Origin: a bacterium
GTDB lineage: Bacteria; Electryoneota; Electryoneia; Electryoneales; Electryoneaceae
Direction: 5' to 3'
Assembly: GCA_963675295.2 (NCBI GenBank)
Contig: CAXXKJ010000002.1
Span: 160,001 to 224,000 of the forward strand
Length of the DNA: 64,000 bases
Part shown: piece after piece, positions 27,861 through 36,734 of the stretch
How the letters are laid out: every line of letters begins with the position of its first letter
Numbering within the stretch: the first letter of the stretch is position 1
The notes under the pieces: generated by a model
The model's database searches: none
The model's input: only the letters and a program-made list of their open reading frames with translations
What the model was told of the DNA's origin: nothing
Position numbers and translations under genes: made by a program

Positions 27861-29033
27861 ATGAATCGACTTGCCCCCTTTGCACTGCTGGCGTTGTTGC
27901 TTGCCGCGACGGTTTCCCCGTCCTACGCACAGAACTGGACTGTCGAGGAAGCGCCCGAATGGACCGCGATGCTCGACCAGACCACCGGCTGGACCGGTGC
28001 GGACGGCATCTATTCCATCCCGGTCGATGGGAATGACCAGATCGGCGCATGGCACGACAACCAGACCCTGTTCATTTTCAGCGACACCTTCATCGGTGAT
28101 GTGGACGGGATCGGTCAACGTCTCGACGGCACCACCATGGTCAATAACACGATGGCGTATCTCGCGCCGGGCGTACTCAATCCCGACAGCATCCGTTTCC
28201 TCTATCGTCACCCGAACAGCAACCCGGAATCGATGTTCCTGCCGGACACGCCGAACAGTGATCCGGACGAATACTACTGGTTTACAGACGGCATTTCACT
28301 CGAAAGCGGCGTCTACCTGATAGCCCACCGGATGCGTCCCGGTGGCGGCCTCGGCTTCGCCCGTGACGGCGTCTCGATGGTCCGCATTCCGCCGGGATCG
28401 ACGTTGCCGTTCACCAATTACCAGCAGTACGAGCTGCCATTTTTTGCCGACGCGAACGACGATCACGGCGACATTTCCTTCGGCAACGCGATCATGGCGA
28501 ACACGGTGCGTGCTGGCGCACCGAATCCGGACGGGTACATTTACATCTATGGCCTCGACGAAGTCCCGTTTGACAAGCACATGCTGGTGGCCCGGGTGCC
28601 GGAAAACCAATTCCCGTTCTACAACCAGTGGCGTTTCTGGGATGGCCAGAACTGGGTGCCGGACTTTTTGCAGGCCGCGCATGTGACCAACCGGGTATCG
28701 TCGGAACACAGCGTCACACCATTGCCGGACGGCCGCTTCATCATGGTCTTCACCGTCGACACCATCACGCGGACGATCGGCTTCCGTGTCGGACCATCCC
28801 CTCGTGGACCGTGGAGTATCATCCACCCGATCTACACCAGCACCGTGCCGGACGAATTCCCGGACGCAGACGTCTGGTGCTACAACGCGAAAGCACACCC
28901 GAGCTTGTCCGAACCGGGCGAGCTGCTGATCAGCTACAACCTGAACTGCGTCGACTTCTGGGATCATTTCCAGTATGCGGACATCTACCGGCCACGGTTC
29001 ATCCGTCTGATCTACACCGGCGATCGGTTCTGA
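27861..29033 (+). CDS. DUF4185/DUF5005-like beta-propeller, paralog of the upstream gene, without CTD
   Basis: Same motif series as 26160..27632; ends at YRPRFIRLIYTGDRF. Confidence 0.8.
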   Translation: MNRLAPFALLALLLAATVSPSYAQNWTVEEAPEWTAMLDQTTGWTGADGIYSIPVDGNDQIGAWHDNQTLFIFSDTFIGDVDGIGQRLDGTTMVNNTMAYLAPGVLNPDSIRFLYRHPNSNPESMFLPDTPNSDPDEYYWFTDGISLESGVYLIAHRMRPGGGLGFARDGVSMVRIPPGSTLPFTNYQQYELPFFADANDDHGDISFGNAIMANTVRAGAPNPDGYIYIYGLDEVPFDKHMLVARVPENQFPFYNQWRFWDGQNWVPDFLQAAHVTNRVSSEHSVTPLPDGRFIMVFTVDTITRTIGFRVGPSPRGPWSIIHPIYTSTVPDEFPDADVWCYNAKAHPSLSEPGELLISYNLNCVDFWDHFQYADIYRPRFIRLIYTGDRF

Positions 29034-29099
29034 GCCACAGCGGGTATCCATTGTGACGGCAGGTGACGCACGCCCCACGTTGAGTTCGCACATCATCCC

Positions 29100-29122
29100 A
29101 CCGCGCTTCGGCGCGGTTTTTC
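29100..29122 (+). terminator. Intrinsic terminator
   Basis: ACCGCGC-TTCG-GCGCGGT followed by TTTT. Confidence 0.7.
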
Positions 29123-29142
29123 TCTCAGTACGATGTTGGATA

Positions 29143-29171
29143 TTGACAACACGCCTAAAACACCCTATCTT
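29143..29171 (+). promoter_or_regulatory. Sigma70-type promoter
   Basis: TTGACA-N17-TATCTT. Confidence 0.6.
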
Positions 29172-29327
29172 TGCCCTCCCGGGTGATCCACACCCGCGCC
29201 ACAAGGCCACATCTCAGTAGCCGCTGCAATTCAGCCAACCATCCGCAACCATCATCTGTTCGAAAAACGACTCAGACGTTTCGCCACTCGTTGTCCTAAC
29301 CCAACCCTCCCCAACTGGAGACTCACC

Positions 29328-29660
29328 ATGATCGCCACTTCTGTCCGGCGGGCACCCCAGACGCTGCCTGCGCTCGTTGTCACGCTGCTGCTCACCACCG
29401 CGCCGTTGTTCGCCGGCCCACCCGAGTATGTCTTCCTCACACCATCCCAATGGTCCAGCGCCGAACCTGTCGCCACCTGGGCCATTCCGCGCAGCTCGCT
29501 GGCGGGGGACACGTTGTGCGTCAAACCCACCGGCGACGGCCTCACCGACTCCCTGCAGACTGTTCTGCTCGGTCTCGGCATCAGCAACACGGAACTCGCC
29601 GACCTCGCCACCGCCCGCGCACGAATCGCCAGCACCACCTGGCAGGAGGCAGTCCAATGA
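29328..29660 (+). CDS. Small secreted hypothetical protein
   Basis: GGAG RBS, signal peptide (…TAPLFA|G), ATGA overlap with the next gene. Confidence 0.65.
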   Translation: MIATSVRRAPQTLPALVVTLLLTTAPLFAGPPEYVFLTPSQWSSAEPVATWAIPRSSLAGDTLCVKPTGDGLTDSLQTVLLGLGISNTELADLATARARIASTTWQEAVQ

Positions 29661-31504
29661 AACCCTTCCGCCTTCGCATCCACCTGCCCCAGACATTCAT
29701 GTCTGGAATTTTGCGCCCGTTGCTCGTCCTCGCAGGGAATTCCAGTCGTTTCATCCGCGTTTGCAAGCAAACACGGGCACAAGCCAACATGCCCCTCAAC
29801 GGCATCATGCCCCGGACATTCATGTCTGGGCTGATCCGCCTCTGCAAGTCTATTAACACGGGCACGTCCCACAGGTTCCTCCGGTCCGTCCCCCTCACAC
29901 GCACTGCGCGCATCAACCGCGCCTACGACCTCGCCATCGCCGCCACACTCGCGTTGACATTGCTGCTGGTCGCGGCGTTGCCGGCGTCACCATCCACCCT
30001 GACCGTCGACCCTTCCGCCACAGCCCTGTTGGCTTTTGACAACATCGACGAATATGCCGCGTTGACTGGACGTGATCCCGCGCGTGTGATCGGACTATGG
30101 GTCGCCCGTGCGGACAGCTTCCAGGCGCTCGGCCGGTCATCCACCGACCTTCGTGCGAGCCTCGCCGGGGGCGCGTGGGGTATCCGTGGCGGCGTGACTG
30201 GCGGATCGGCATACGGCCGCCAGTATGACGGCGTCACCGACTTCGACCAGCTCGGCGCGGCGGCGTCCGACTCCACCGAGATGCGGGACGGCGTGTTGTA
30301 CGAAATTCTGTTCCGTTCCACATCCTCGGCGTCCAGCCTGATGCTCACAACCGGCCTGACGCACGGGTTTTTCCTCTACAACGGACTGTTCCGGGTGCGC
30401 ATCAACGCGACGTATGTCGTGACGGACGGTTCCACCGGCGAGTACAGCGACGGGCAGTGGCATCTCGCCCGTGCGTTCATCACCGCCGATTCGGTCAAGG
30501 CGGTGGTCGACGATAACCCGCCGGAAAATGTCGCCCACAGCCTGCCGCTCAGCGATCCCAGCTACGCGACCACCTTCGGCGCTCACCCGAACGGCACCTT
30601 CCCGTTCAACGGCGCGATCGAATCCATCGCGGTGCTTGATTATGCTGGGTTTGATCCGTACCAGGTGGATCTGGACGGCTACTGGGATGTGCTCGCGCCG
30701 CACCTGGACAACGCAGCCGCGTTCGCCGGTCCGCAGGCGGCGCTGGATTTCATCGGCGCAACGCTTGACGGGGACGAACCGGACACGGTCCATTTCCAGC
30801 CTGGTGTCTACGCGCAGCCGTTGACGATCTGGTCGGACGACGTTGTGCTGCTCGGGCATGACCGTCCGCACCGGGTGGTGATCGACGGTTCCCCCCTGGC
30901 AACCGGCACGGCGGTGCTGACACTGGATGGCGCGGCGGGTTCGCAGCTGCACACGTTGACCATCGCCCACGGTCCCACCGCGTTGCGCAGCAAGAATGGT
31001 TCGAGCGGTATCGCGCGGAATGTGGTCATCAGCGGCAACAACCTCGCGATGGAGAGTTCGTCCAACACATCCACCGATACGTTGCGCCTGATCCACTGCA
31101 CGCTGGACGGCAACAAGTACGGCTTGTACGCCAAGTCGCCGGATTACGGACGGGTGCGGATCGCGAACAGCTGCCTCACCTGGACCTCCGAGCTGGCGGT
31201 TGTCGGTTCGCCTCCGGCGGGGATCATCACGGTCGGTTCGTTGCTGGCGTGGGCAAATGTCGGCACGGTGTCCGGGGATGTGTTGTCCGCGCCGCCGATG
31301 TATCTCAACCGGTCAGCGCTTGAATACAGCCTGCAGAGCGCGTCGCCCGCGATCAACGCTGGCAATCCGGTGTACGGGTATGACAACGACGGATCCCCGC
31401 CGGATCTAGGCGCCTACAGCGGGTCGTGGAACTCCGCCGGCGGCAACGTGTTCGAGCAGGGTTGGTCGCGTCCCGCCTGGTCCCGCACCCGCTGGTCACG
31501 GTAG
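29657..31504 (+). CDS. Secreted LamG/ConA-like plus parallel beta-helix protein; 5' end contains REP-like repeats
   Basis: GGAGG RBS and ATGA coupling; YSDGQWHL…FNGAIESI (LamG-like); VHFQPGVY…VVIDG and LQSASPAINAG…PDLGAY (beta-helix family). Confidence 0.7.
   Translation: MKPFRLRIHLPQTFMSGILRPLLVLAGNSSRFIRVCKQTRAQANMPLNGIMPRTFMSGLIRLCKSINTGTSHRFLRSVPLTRTARINRAYDLAIAATLALTLLLVAALPASPSTLTVDPSATALLAFDNIDEYAALTGRDPARVIGLWVARADSFQALGRSSTDLRASLAGGAWGIRGGVTGGSAYGRQYDGVTDFDQLGAAASDSTEMRDGVLYEILFRSTSSASSLMLTTGLTHGFFLYNGLFRVRINATYVVTDGSTGEYSDGQWHLARAFITADSVKAVVDDNPPENVAHSLPLSDPSYATTFGAHPNGTFPFNGAIESIAVLDYAGFDPYQVDLDGYWDVLAPHLDNAAAFAGPQAALDFIGATLDGDEPDTVHFQPGVYAQPLTIWSDDVVLLGHDRPHRVVIDGSPLATGTAVLTLDGAAGSQLHTLTIAHGPTALRSKNGSSGIARNVVISGNNLAMESSSNTSTDTLRLIHCTLDGNKYGLYAKSPDYGRVRIANSCLTWTSELAVVGSPPAGIITVGSLLAWANVGTVSGDVLSAPPMYLNRSALEYSLQSASPAINAGNPVYGYDNDGSPPDLGAYSGSWNSAGGNVFEQGWSRPAWSRTRWSR
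29685..29865. repeat. BIME-like mosaic of four REP-like palindromes inside a CDS
   Basis: Family B (+) at 29685-29706 and 29808-29830; family A (-) at 29755-29780 and 29836-29865. Confidence 0.75.
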
Positions 31505-31514
31505 GTCGCATACA

Positions 31515-31680
31515 GGGGACACTTTGTCCCCAAAGTGTCCCCAACGTATGTCCACGCTGGTGCCACGGGCTTTAGTCCGTGGCATCTTTTGCTATAGCCC
31601 ACTGACCCATAGCCCAATAGCCAATGGGCCACAGCCTACCGCCTGTCAACCCGCCGCCCGTAGCCCGTAGTCCGCAGCCC
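31515..31680. repeat. Two palindromes plus a degenerate heptamer tract
   Basis: GGGGACACTTTG/CAAAGTGTCCCC; TGCCACGGGCTTTAGTCCGTGGCA (31561-31584); ATAGCCC/CCGTAGC-type units from about 31594 to 31680. Confidence 0.65.
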
Positions 31681-31763
31681 TTCTGTTCAAGCATCCTGCC
31701 TGTTGTACGTGTATCTTACCGTTTTTGCGGGAACCTGTTGCGCCCGGACCCGGGGTACCATCG

Positions 31764-33161
31764 ATGCCGTTCCAGATCCTGATTGTCGACCACGACGAAA
31801 GCGCTGCGTCCGAGCTCGCGGACTTGTTCATCGAGTCCGGCGCGGAGGCATCCGTCGTGTTGGCTGGCGAGCAGGCGTGGACCATTGCGTCCGCCGGGCA
31901 GTGCGACGTGTTCATCTGCAACACGAACCTCACCGGCGACATTGGCGGCAAGCAGTTGATCCAACGCGTGCTGGCGGAGCTTCCCGGGTTGCCGGTGGTG
32001 GTCTGGACCGAGCGTGCGCGTGTCGAGGACGCGTTCACCTACGCCCAGCTCGGGGTGGTCGCGTACAAGCTGAAGGGTGAGGACGATCCCGGCCTGGTTG
32101 CGGACAGTCTCGCGATGCTGGCGGAAGGCGCGAGCGGCGATCCAGACCGCAAGCATCTCCCGTTTTCGCAGTATCACAGCCTGAATCAACGCACGGCGGA
32201 CGTCTTCCGCACCGCAGTCGACCAGGTCGCGCAGACGAGTGCGACGGTGCTGATCACCGGCGAATCCGGCACCGGCAAGGAGCTGCTCGCGCGCACCATC
32301 CACGCCGCCAGTTTGCGCAAGGACCAGCCGTTTGTCGCGGTCAACGCCGGCGCGTTACCGGAATCCCTGGTCGAGAGCGAACTGTTCGGCCATGAAAAGG
32401 GCGCGTTCACCGGTGCAAGCGCGCAACGTATCGGCCGGTTCGAGGCGGCGGACGGCGGCACCTTTTTCCTAGACGAAATCGGTGACCTCTCGCCGGTGGT
32501 GCAGTCGAAGTTGTTGCGTGTACTGCAGGAACACGTCATCGAACGGATCGGATCCAACGCGCCGGTCCATGTGGACGTCCGCATCATCGCCGCGACCAAC
32601 AAGAACCTGAAATCGTTGGTGCAAAAGGGTATCTTCCGTGAGGATCTGTACTACCGGCTGAGCGTGATCGAGCTGGAACTGCCGCCGTTGCGGGAACGGT
32701 CGGAGGACATCCCCGGCCTCGCGGTGTACTTCATGAACCGGTTTCGCAAGCAGGTTGGGCGTTCGCGCCTGGTACTGACGAAACAGGCGCTGGAAGCCCT
32801 GCAGGGTTATGCCTGGCCCGGGAACGTTCGCGAGCTGGCGAACGTGATGGAACGAGCGGTGATCCTCGCGAAGGGGGACCGGATCGACGTGCGCGACCTT
32901 GGCGCGACGATCCGCAGCACACAGCCGAAGCCGCCGTCCTTGCGTGACTTACGCACCGCGCGGGCGGACTTCGAACGTGATTTTATCCTGCGCGCGTTGC
33001 AACGCAATGACGGCAACGTGTCCGAGACCAGCGCGACGCTCGGACTTGCGCGGAAGAATTTGCAGGAAAAAATTCGCCGGTACGAGATTGATGTGGATGC
33101 GCTGCGCACCACCGCGCGGCAGAACAAGGGAGGGCAGGCGTCCTCGGAAGACGACGTCTGA
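31764..33161 (+). CDS. Sigma54-dependent NtrC-family enhancer-binding protein with an atypical receiver
   Basis: GESGTGKE, ESELFGHEKGAFTGA, FLDEIG, WPGNVREL, Fis-type HTH; receiver reads DVFICN. Confidence 0.93.
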   Translation: MPFQILIVDHDESAASELADLFIESGAEASVVLAGEQAWTIASAGQCDVFICNTNLTGDIGGKQLIQRVLAELPGLPVVVWTERARVEDAFTYAQLGVVAYKLKGEDDPGLVADSLAMLAEGASGDPDRKHLPFSQYHSLNQRTADVFRTAVDQVAQTSATVLITGESGTGKELLARTIHAASLRKDQPFVAVNAGALPESLVESELFGHEKGAFTGASAQRIGRFEAADGGTFFLDEIGDLSPVVQSKLLRVLQEHVIERIGSNAPVHVDVRIIAATNKNLKSLVQKGIFREDLYYRLSVIELELPPLRERSEDIPGLAVYFMNRFRKQVGRSRLVLTKQALEALQGYAWPGNVRELANVMERAVILAKGDRIDVRDLGATIRSTQPKPPSLRDLRTARADFERDFILRALQRNDGNVSETSATLGLARKNLQEKIRRYEIDVDALRTTARQNKGGQASSEDDV

Positions 33162-33172
33162 TCCAGGTACGG

Positions 33173-34552
33173 ATGACCAATCGCGACGACCGTATGTTGC
33201 TGCTCTGGCCGTTGTTGACCGCCGTGCTCGATTTCGGCGTGTTGACCGGCAGCTTCATGCTCTCCTACCAGATCCGTTTCTCGCAATGGTTCTACGACCA
33301 CATTCTGCGTCTGCTGTTCCCGATGGAACCGCCGTGGAGCATGTATGTCACCTCCGCGTTCATCTGGGCGGCGATCATCGTACTGTCAATGGCGTTTTCC
33401 GGCGTCTACAAGGTCTCATTCCGCATCTCGACCACCCACGAAATCGCTTTCACCCTCTACCGCTACTTCATCGGCTGGGCGGTTCTGTCGGCGCTGTTGT
33501 TCTTCTACCGTGAGCTGGAATATTCGCGTCTCGTCGCGATGATCTCGCTGTTCCTCGGCGGGGCCGGATTGATCCTCATCCGGCTGATCATCAGCGCGAT
33601 CCGGGAGAAGGTGTTCCGGCGGAATCCATTGCACCGTGCGTTGGTGGTGGGGCCGTTGGCGGACGCCCTCAGCGCCCGTCTCGAGAACAATCCGCGCACC
33701 GGCCTCGTCGTAATCGGCAAAATCACCGCGCCGGAACGTGACGAAAAACGCCTCGACAAGTTCATCACCAGGGAAACGCCGGACACGGTCATCCTCGCGT
33801 ACCCGTTCAACGAGTTCAGCGTTGCGCGTTCGGTGATCGAGATGCTCGAGGGCAAACGCCTGATCTTCCTCTACGCGCCGGAACCGGCCGGATTCTCCCC
33901 GGGCCGGCTGGCGACGATCACCCTCGCCGGTGTGCCGGTGATCCGTCTGCGCGAAGACCCTGTTGCCGGCTGGAACGGGCTGATCAAACGCGCGTTCGAC
34001 ATTTTCGTCAGCGGCATCCTGATCATCCTGACCTCGCCGATCCTCGCCACGCTGGCGCTGGCGGTGAAATTCTCCAGCCCCGGCCCAGTGATCTTCAAGC
34101 AGGTACGGGTCGGATTGGATAACCGGCCATTCACCATTTTCAAGTACCGTTCGATGCGTCCCGACGCCGAGGCGAAAACCGGCCCGGTGTGGGCGAAGCC
34201 GGGGGACGACCGCACGACGAAGGTCGGCGCGTGGCTGCGGCGTTGGTCCTTGGACGAACTCCCGCAACTGTTCAACGTCTTCATGGGCGACATGAGCCTT
34301 GTCGGCCCGCGTCCGGAACGCCCGGAATTCGTCCGCCAGTTCGAGGGCGAGGTGCCGCAGTACAACGAGCGTCACCGCGTGCGCGCCGGCATGACCGGCT
34401 GGGCGCAGGTGAACGGCCTCCGTGGCCAGGCACCGATCGAACAACGCACACGGTACGACGTCTACTACGTGGAAAACTGGTCACTCGGCCTTGATCTGAT
34501 GATCCTCGCGCGGACCTTGGTCGCGGTTGTGGCGGGGCGTGATGCGTATTGA
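33173..34552 (+). CDS. Undecaprenyl-phosphate hexose-1-phosphate transferase (WcaJ/WbaP family)
   Basis: N-terminal TMs; KRAFDI, KYRSM, SLDELPQLFNV, GDMSLVGPRPE, GMTGWAQVNG. Confidence 0.93.
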   Translation: MTNRDDRMLLLWPLLTAVLDFGVLTGSFMLSYQIRFSQWFYDHILRLLFPMEPPWSMYVTSAFIWAAIIVLSMAFSGVYKVSFRISTTHEIAFTLYRYFIGWAVLSALLFFYRELEYSRLVAMISLFLGGAGLILIRLIISAIREKVFRRNPLHRALVVGPLADALSARLENNPRTGLVVIGKITAPERDEKRLDKFITRETPDTVILAYPFNEFSVARSVIEMLEGKRLIFLYAPEPAGFSPGRLATITLAGVPVIRLREDPVAGWNGLIKRAFDIFVSGILIILTSPILATLALAVKFSSPGPVIFKQVRVGLDNRPFTIFKYRSMRPDAEAKTGPVWAKPGDDRTTKVGAWLRRWSLDELPQLFNVFMGDMSLVGPRPERPEFVRQFEGEVPQYNERHRVRAGMTGWAQVNGLRGQAPIEQRTRYDVYYVENWSLGLDLMILARTLVAVVAGRDAY

Positions 34553-34609
34553 AGCTTGACAATCCCCATCTCCCCGGAGTAAGAATTTTATTAAATTTGC
34601 TTCGCGCTA

Positions 34610-34637
34610 TTGACAGCTAACAATGGTGCTGTATCTT
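34610..34637 (+). promoter_or_regulatory. Sigma70-type promoter
   Basis: TTGACA-N16-TATCTT. Confidence 0.45.
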
Positions 34638-34708
34638 ATTAGAGCCCCCCGCAACTCGGGTCAGCGGAGACCCGGCAATGTCCATTTCTGGAGAGAGGGA
34701 GGTGTATC

Positions 34709-36665
34709 ATGCGTACGATTATTGGTGTTGTCTGCGTTTTTTTTTATTTTTGGTATTGATGCCCACTGTTGGGTACAACACACTGTGATGAGTGGCAGTA
34801 CCGCAAGAAGATCAACTCATGTACTCGTAGGCGAATTCATGGGGACAAGCTGGCCAAACGGAAATCCAGACATCGTTGCAAGTTTCTATGGGTTGGACGT
34901 AAACGGCAGAGAAGATGGTTCTTTCCAGGCAGCTTATGATTACAGTTTCAACGGAGGAGTATTCACTTTCTCCAACGAGATGATTGAGGGACCTGTCACT
35001 GCCGCCGCAGGTATGGCTACTGGTGATCTCGATGGAGACGGCGATCAGGATATTATCGGCGTAAGTCGAGCTGACGAACCCGATGGATATATTGCTTGGT
35101 GGTACTGGGATGATTCTTCTGCATATTGGCAGCTCGGGGATACAATTGATGATGAATTAGATCAACCCACAAATGTTGCCATAGGAGACATTGACGGTGA
35201 TGAGGATTTTGATGTCGTCGCGACGATATACGGCCCCGGAACATCATATACGGGAAGCCTTCTTGCGTGGTATGAAAATGTGGATGGCGACGGAACAAAC
35301 TGGACCAGGCACGACATTGACACCATTACTAACCCTTACGCGGTCGAGGTCGGATACCTGAATCTGGATGGTATCCTGGACATCGTCTGTACGTCCACTA
35401 ACCTCGTAAGCCTGGACGAGGAGGGCGTTTACATCTATTATGGTTTGGGTAGTTCCCCTTGGTTCAACAGCACACCCGACGAAGATTTCAATATCGGGTC
35501 GTTGAAAAGTCCTCGATCCGTGAGGATTGCCGATTTTGATTATGATGATATTAACGATTTAGTAGTAGCATTCACGGGTCATCATCAACCCGATTATGAC
35601 TACAATATCATCATGATATTTGGTGAAGCTGACACCTACCCCGACGTGAACTGGGTGGATGCCCGTTCATTGAATCCTAATTTTGCCACCTGCAGGGATG
35701 TTTATCCGGTTGATTTGGATAATGACGGTGATTTTGACCTCGCTGCATCCAGCTTGTGGGGACAAGAAATCTATGCTTTTTACTGCCCGGATTCGCCGGA
35801 TGATCCAAGGGAGGATGATTGGGACGAGGATGATGTTGGGTCTTGTGAGGTAGCAAAAGGACTCGCTGTAGGTGAATTTACCGGCGACGACTATCCTGAA
35901 ATTGTCGCATCGTCTTTCAAATGGGATGCGATACAGAGTACTGGATATGTTTATCTGTATGAGAATGAACTCGGTGGTGATTCGTTTGAATCGGAATCGC
36001 TGACAGTCAGTTGTGCATCGACTGCGATTCTCAACAACACCCTTTCTTATAGTTACAGCTATACTCTCGACGAAGAATCAGAGGTCGAACTCTATGCCTG
36101 GTATAAAGTGGTTACTCCCGGGTTCGACATCATTGCACAATCACCGGTCGATACATTGGGAACGGAAGAAGATACGTACACAGGCGGTGGCACAGTCTCT
36201 ATTCCAGATTCCATGTTTTCAGTTGGCGACAGATGCCAGTTTTTCTTTGGTGTCGGCCACACGGTTTCCATTTCAGAAACAGATCCTCCGGAAGAAATCC
36301 TCTTCGGTGACGAAACTGAAATGGCATGGTTTGAGGTCGTTTCGCAGAACGAAATCGAAGGAAATGGTAGCGCAGACGCCTACTCAGTTGCATTACCCTC
36401 TGTTTACAGTATTGAAAGTATCCAGCCCAATCCGTTTAATCCCACGACAACTATTACAGTAGCTCTTCCGGAAGCTGCCAGACTGAGTGTCCAGATTTAC
36501 AACCTGTCCGGCCAACGCGTTGCGAACCTTGCGAATGGATATTATTGTGCGGGCCGCCATGCGTTTATTTTCGATGGCAGCGAGTGTTCAAGTGGTTTAT
36601 ATTTCGTTCGTGCGAATGTTGCAGACAGACTTGATGAAGTCCGTAAACTGACTCTGTTGAAGTGA
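34709..36665 (+). CDS. Secreted FG-GAP-repeat protein with T9SS-type CTD; RBS-linked start is out of frame at a T9 tract (ORF track gives 34623)
   Basis: GDLDGDGDQDI/GDIDGDEDFDV repeats; QPNPFNPTT…RKLTLLK; GGAGG-N6-ATG at 34709 is one base out of frame. Confidence 0.75.
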
Positions 36666-36734
36666 ACGTAAGTGGATTCCGGTACCCCGGTGCGGCCCTA
36701 GCGCCGGGGCACCAGATTTCCGAAAGGAAGGGTC

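Noticed and set aside
34642-34680. Cobalamin riboswitch-like words (GCCCCCCGCAACT…GGAGACC)
   Set aside because: Far too short and missing the conserved upstream core.
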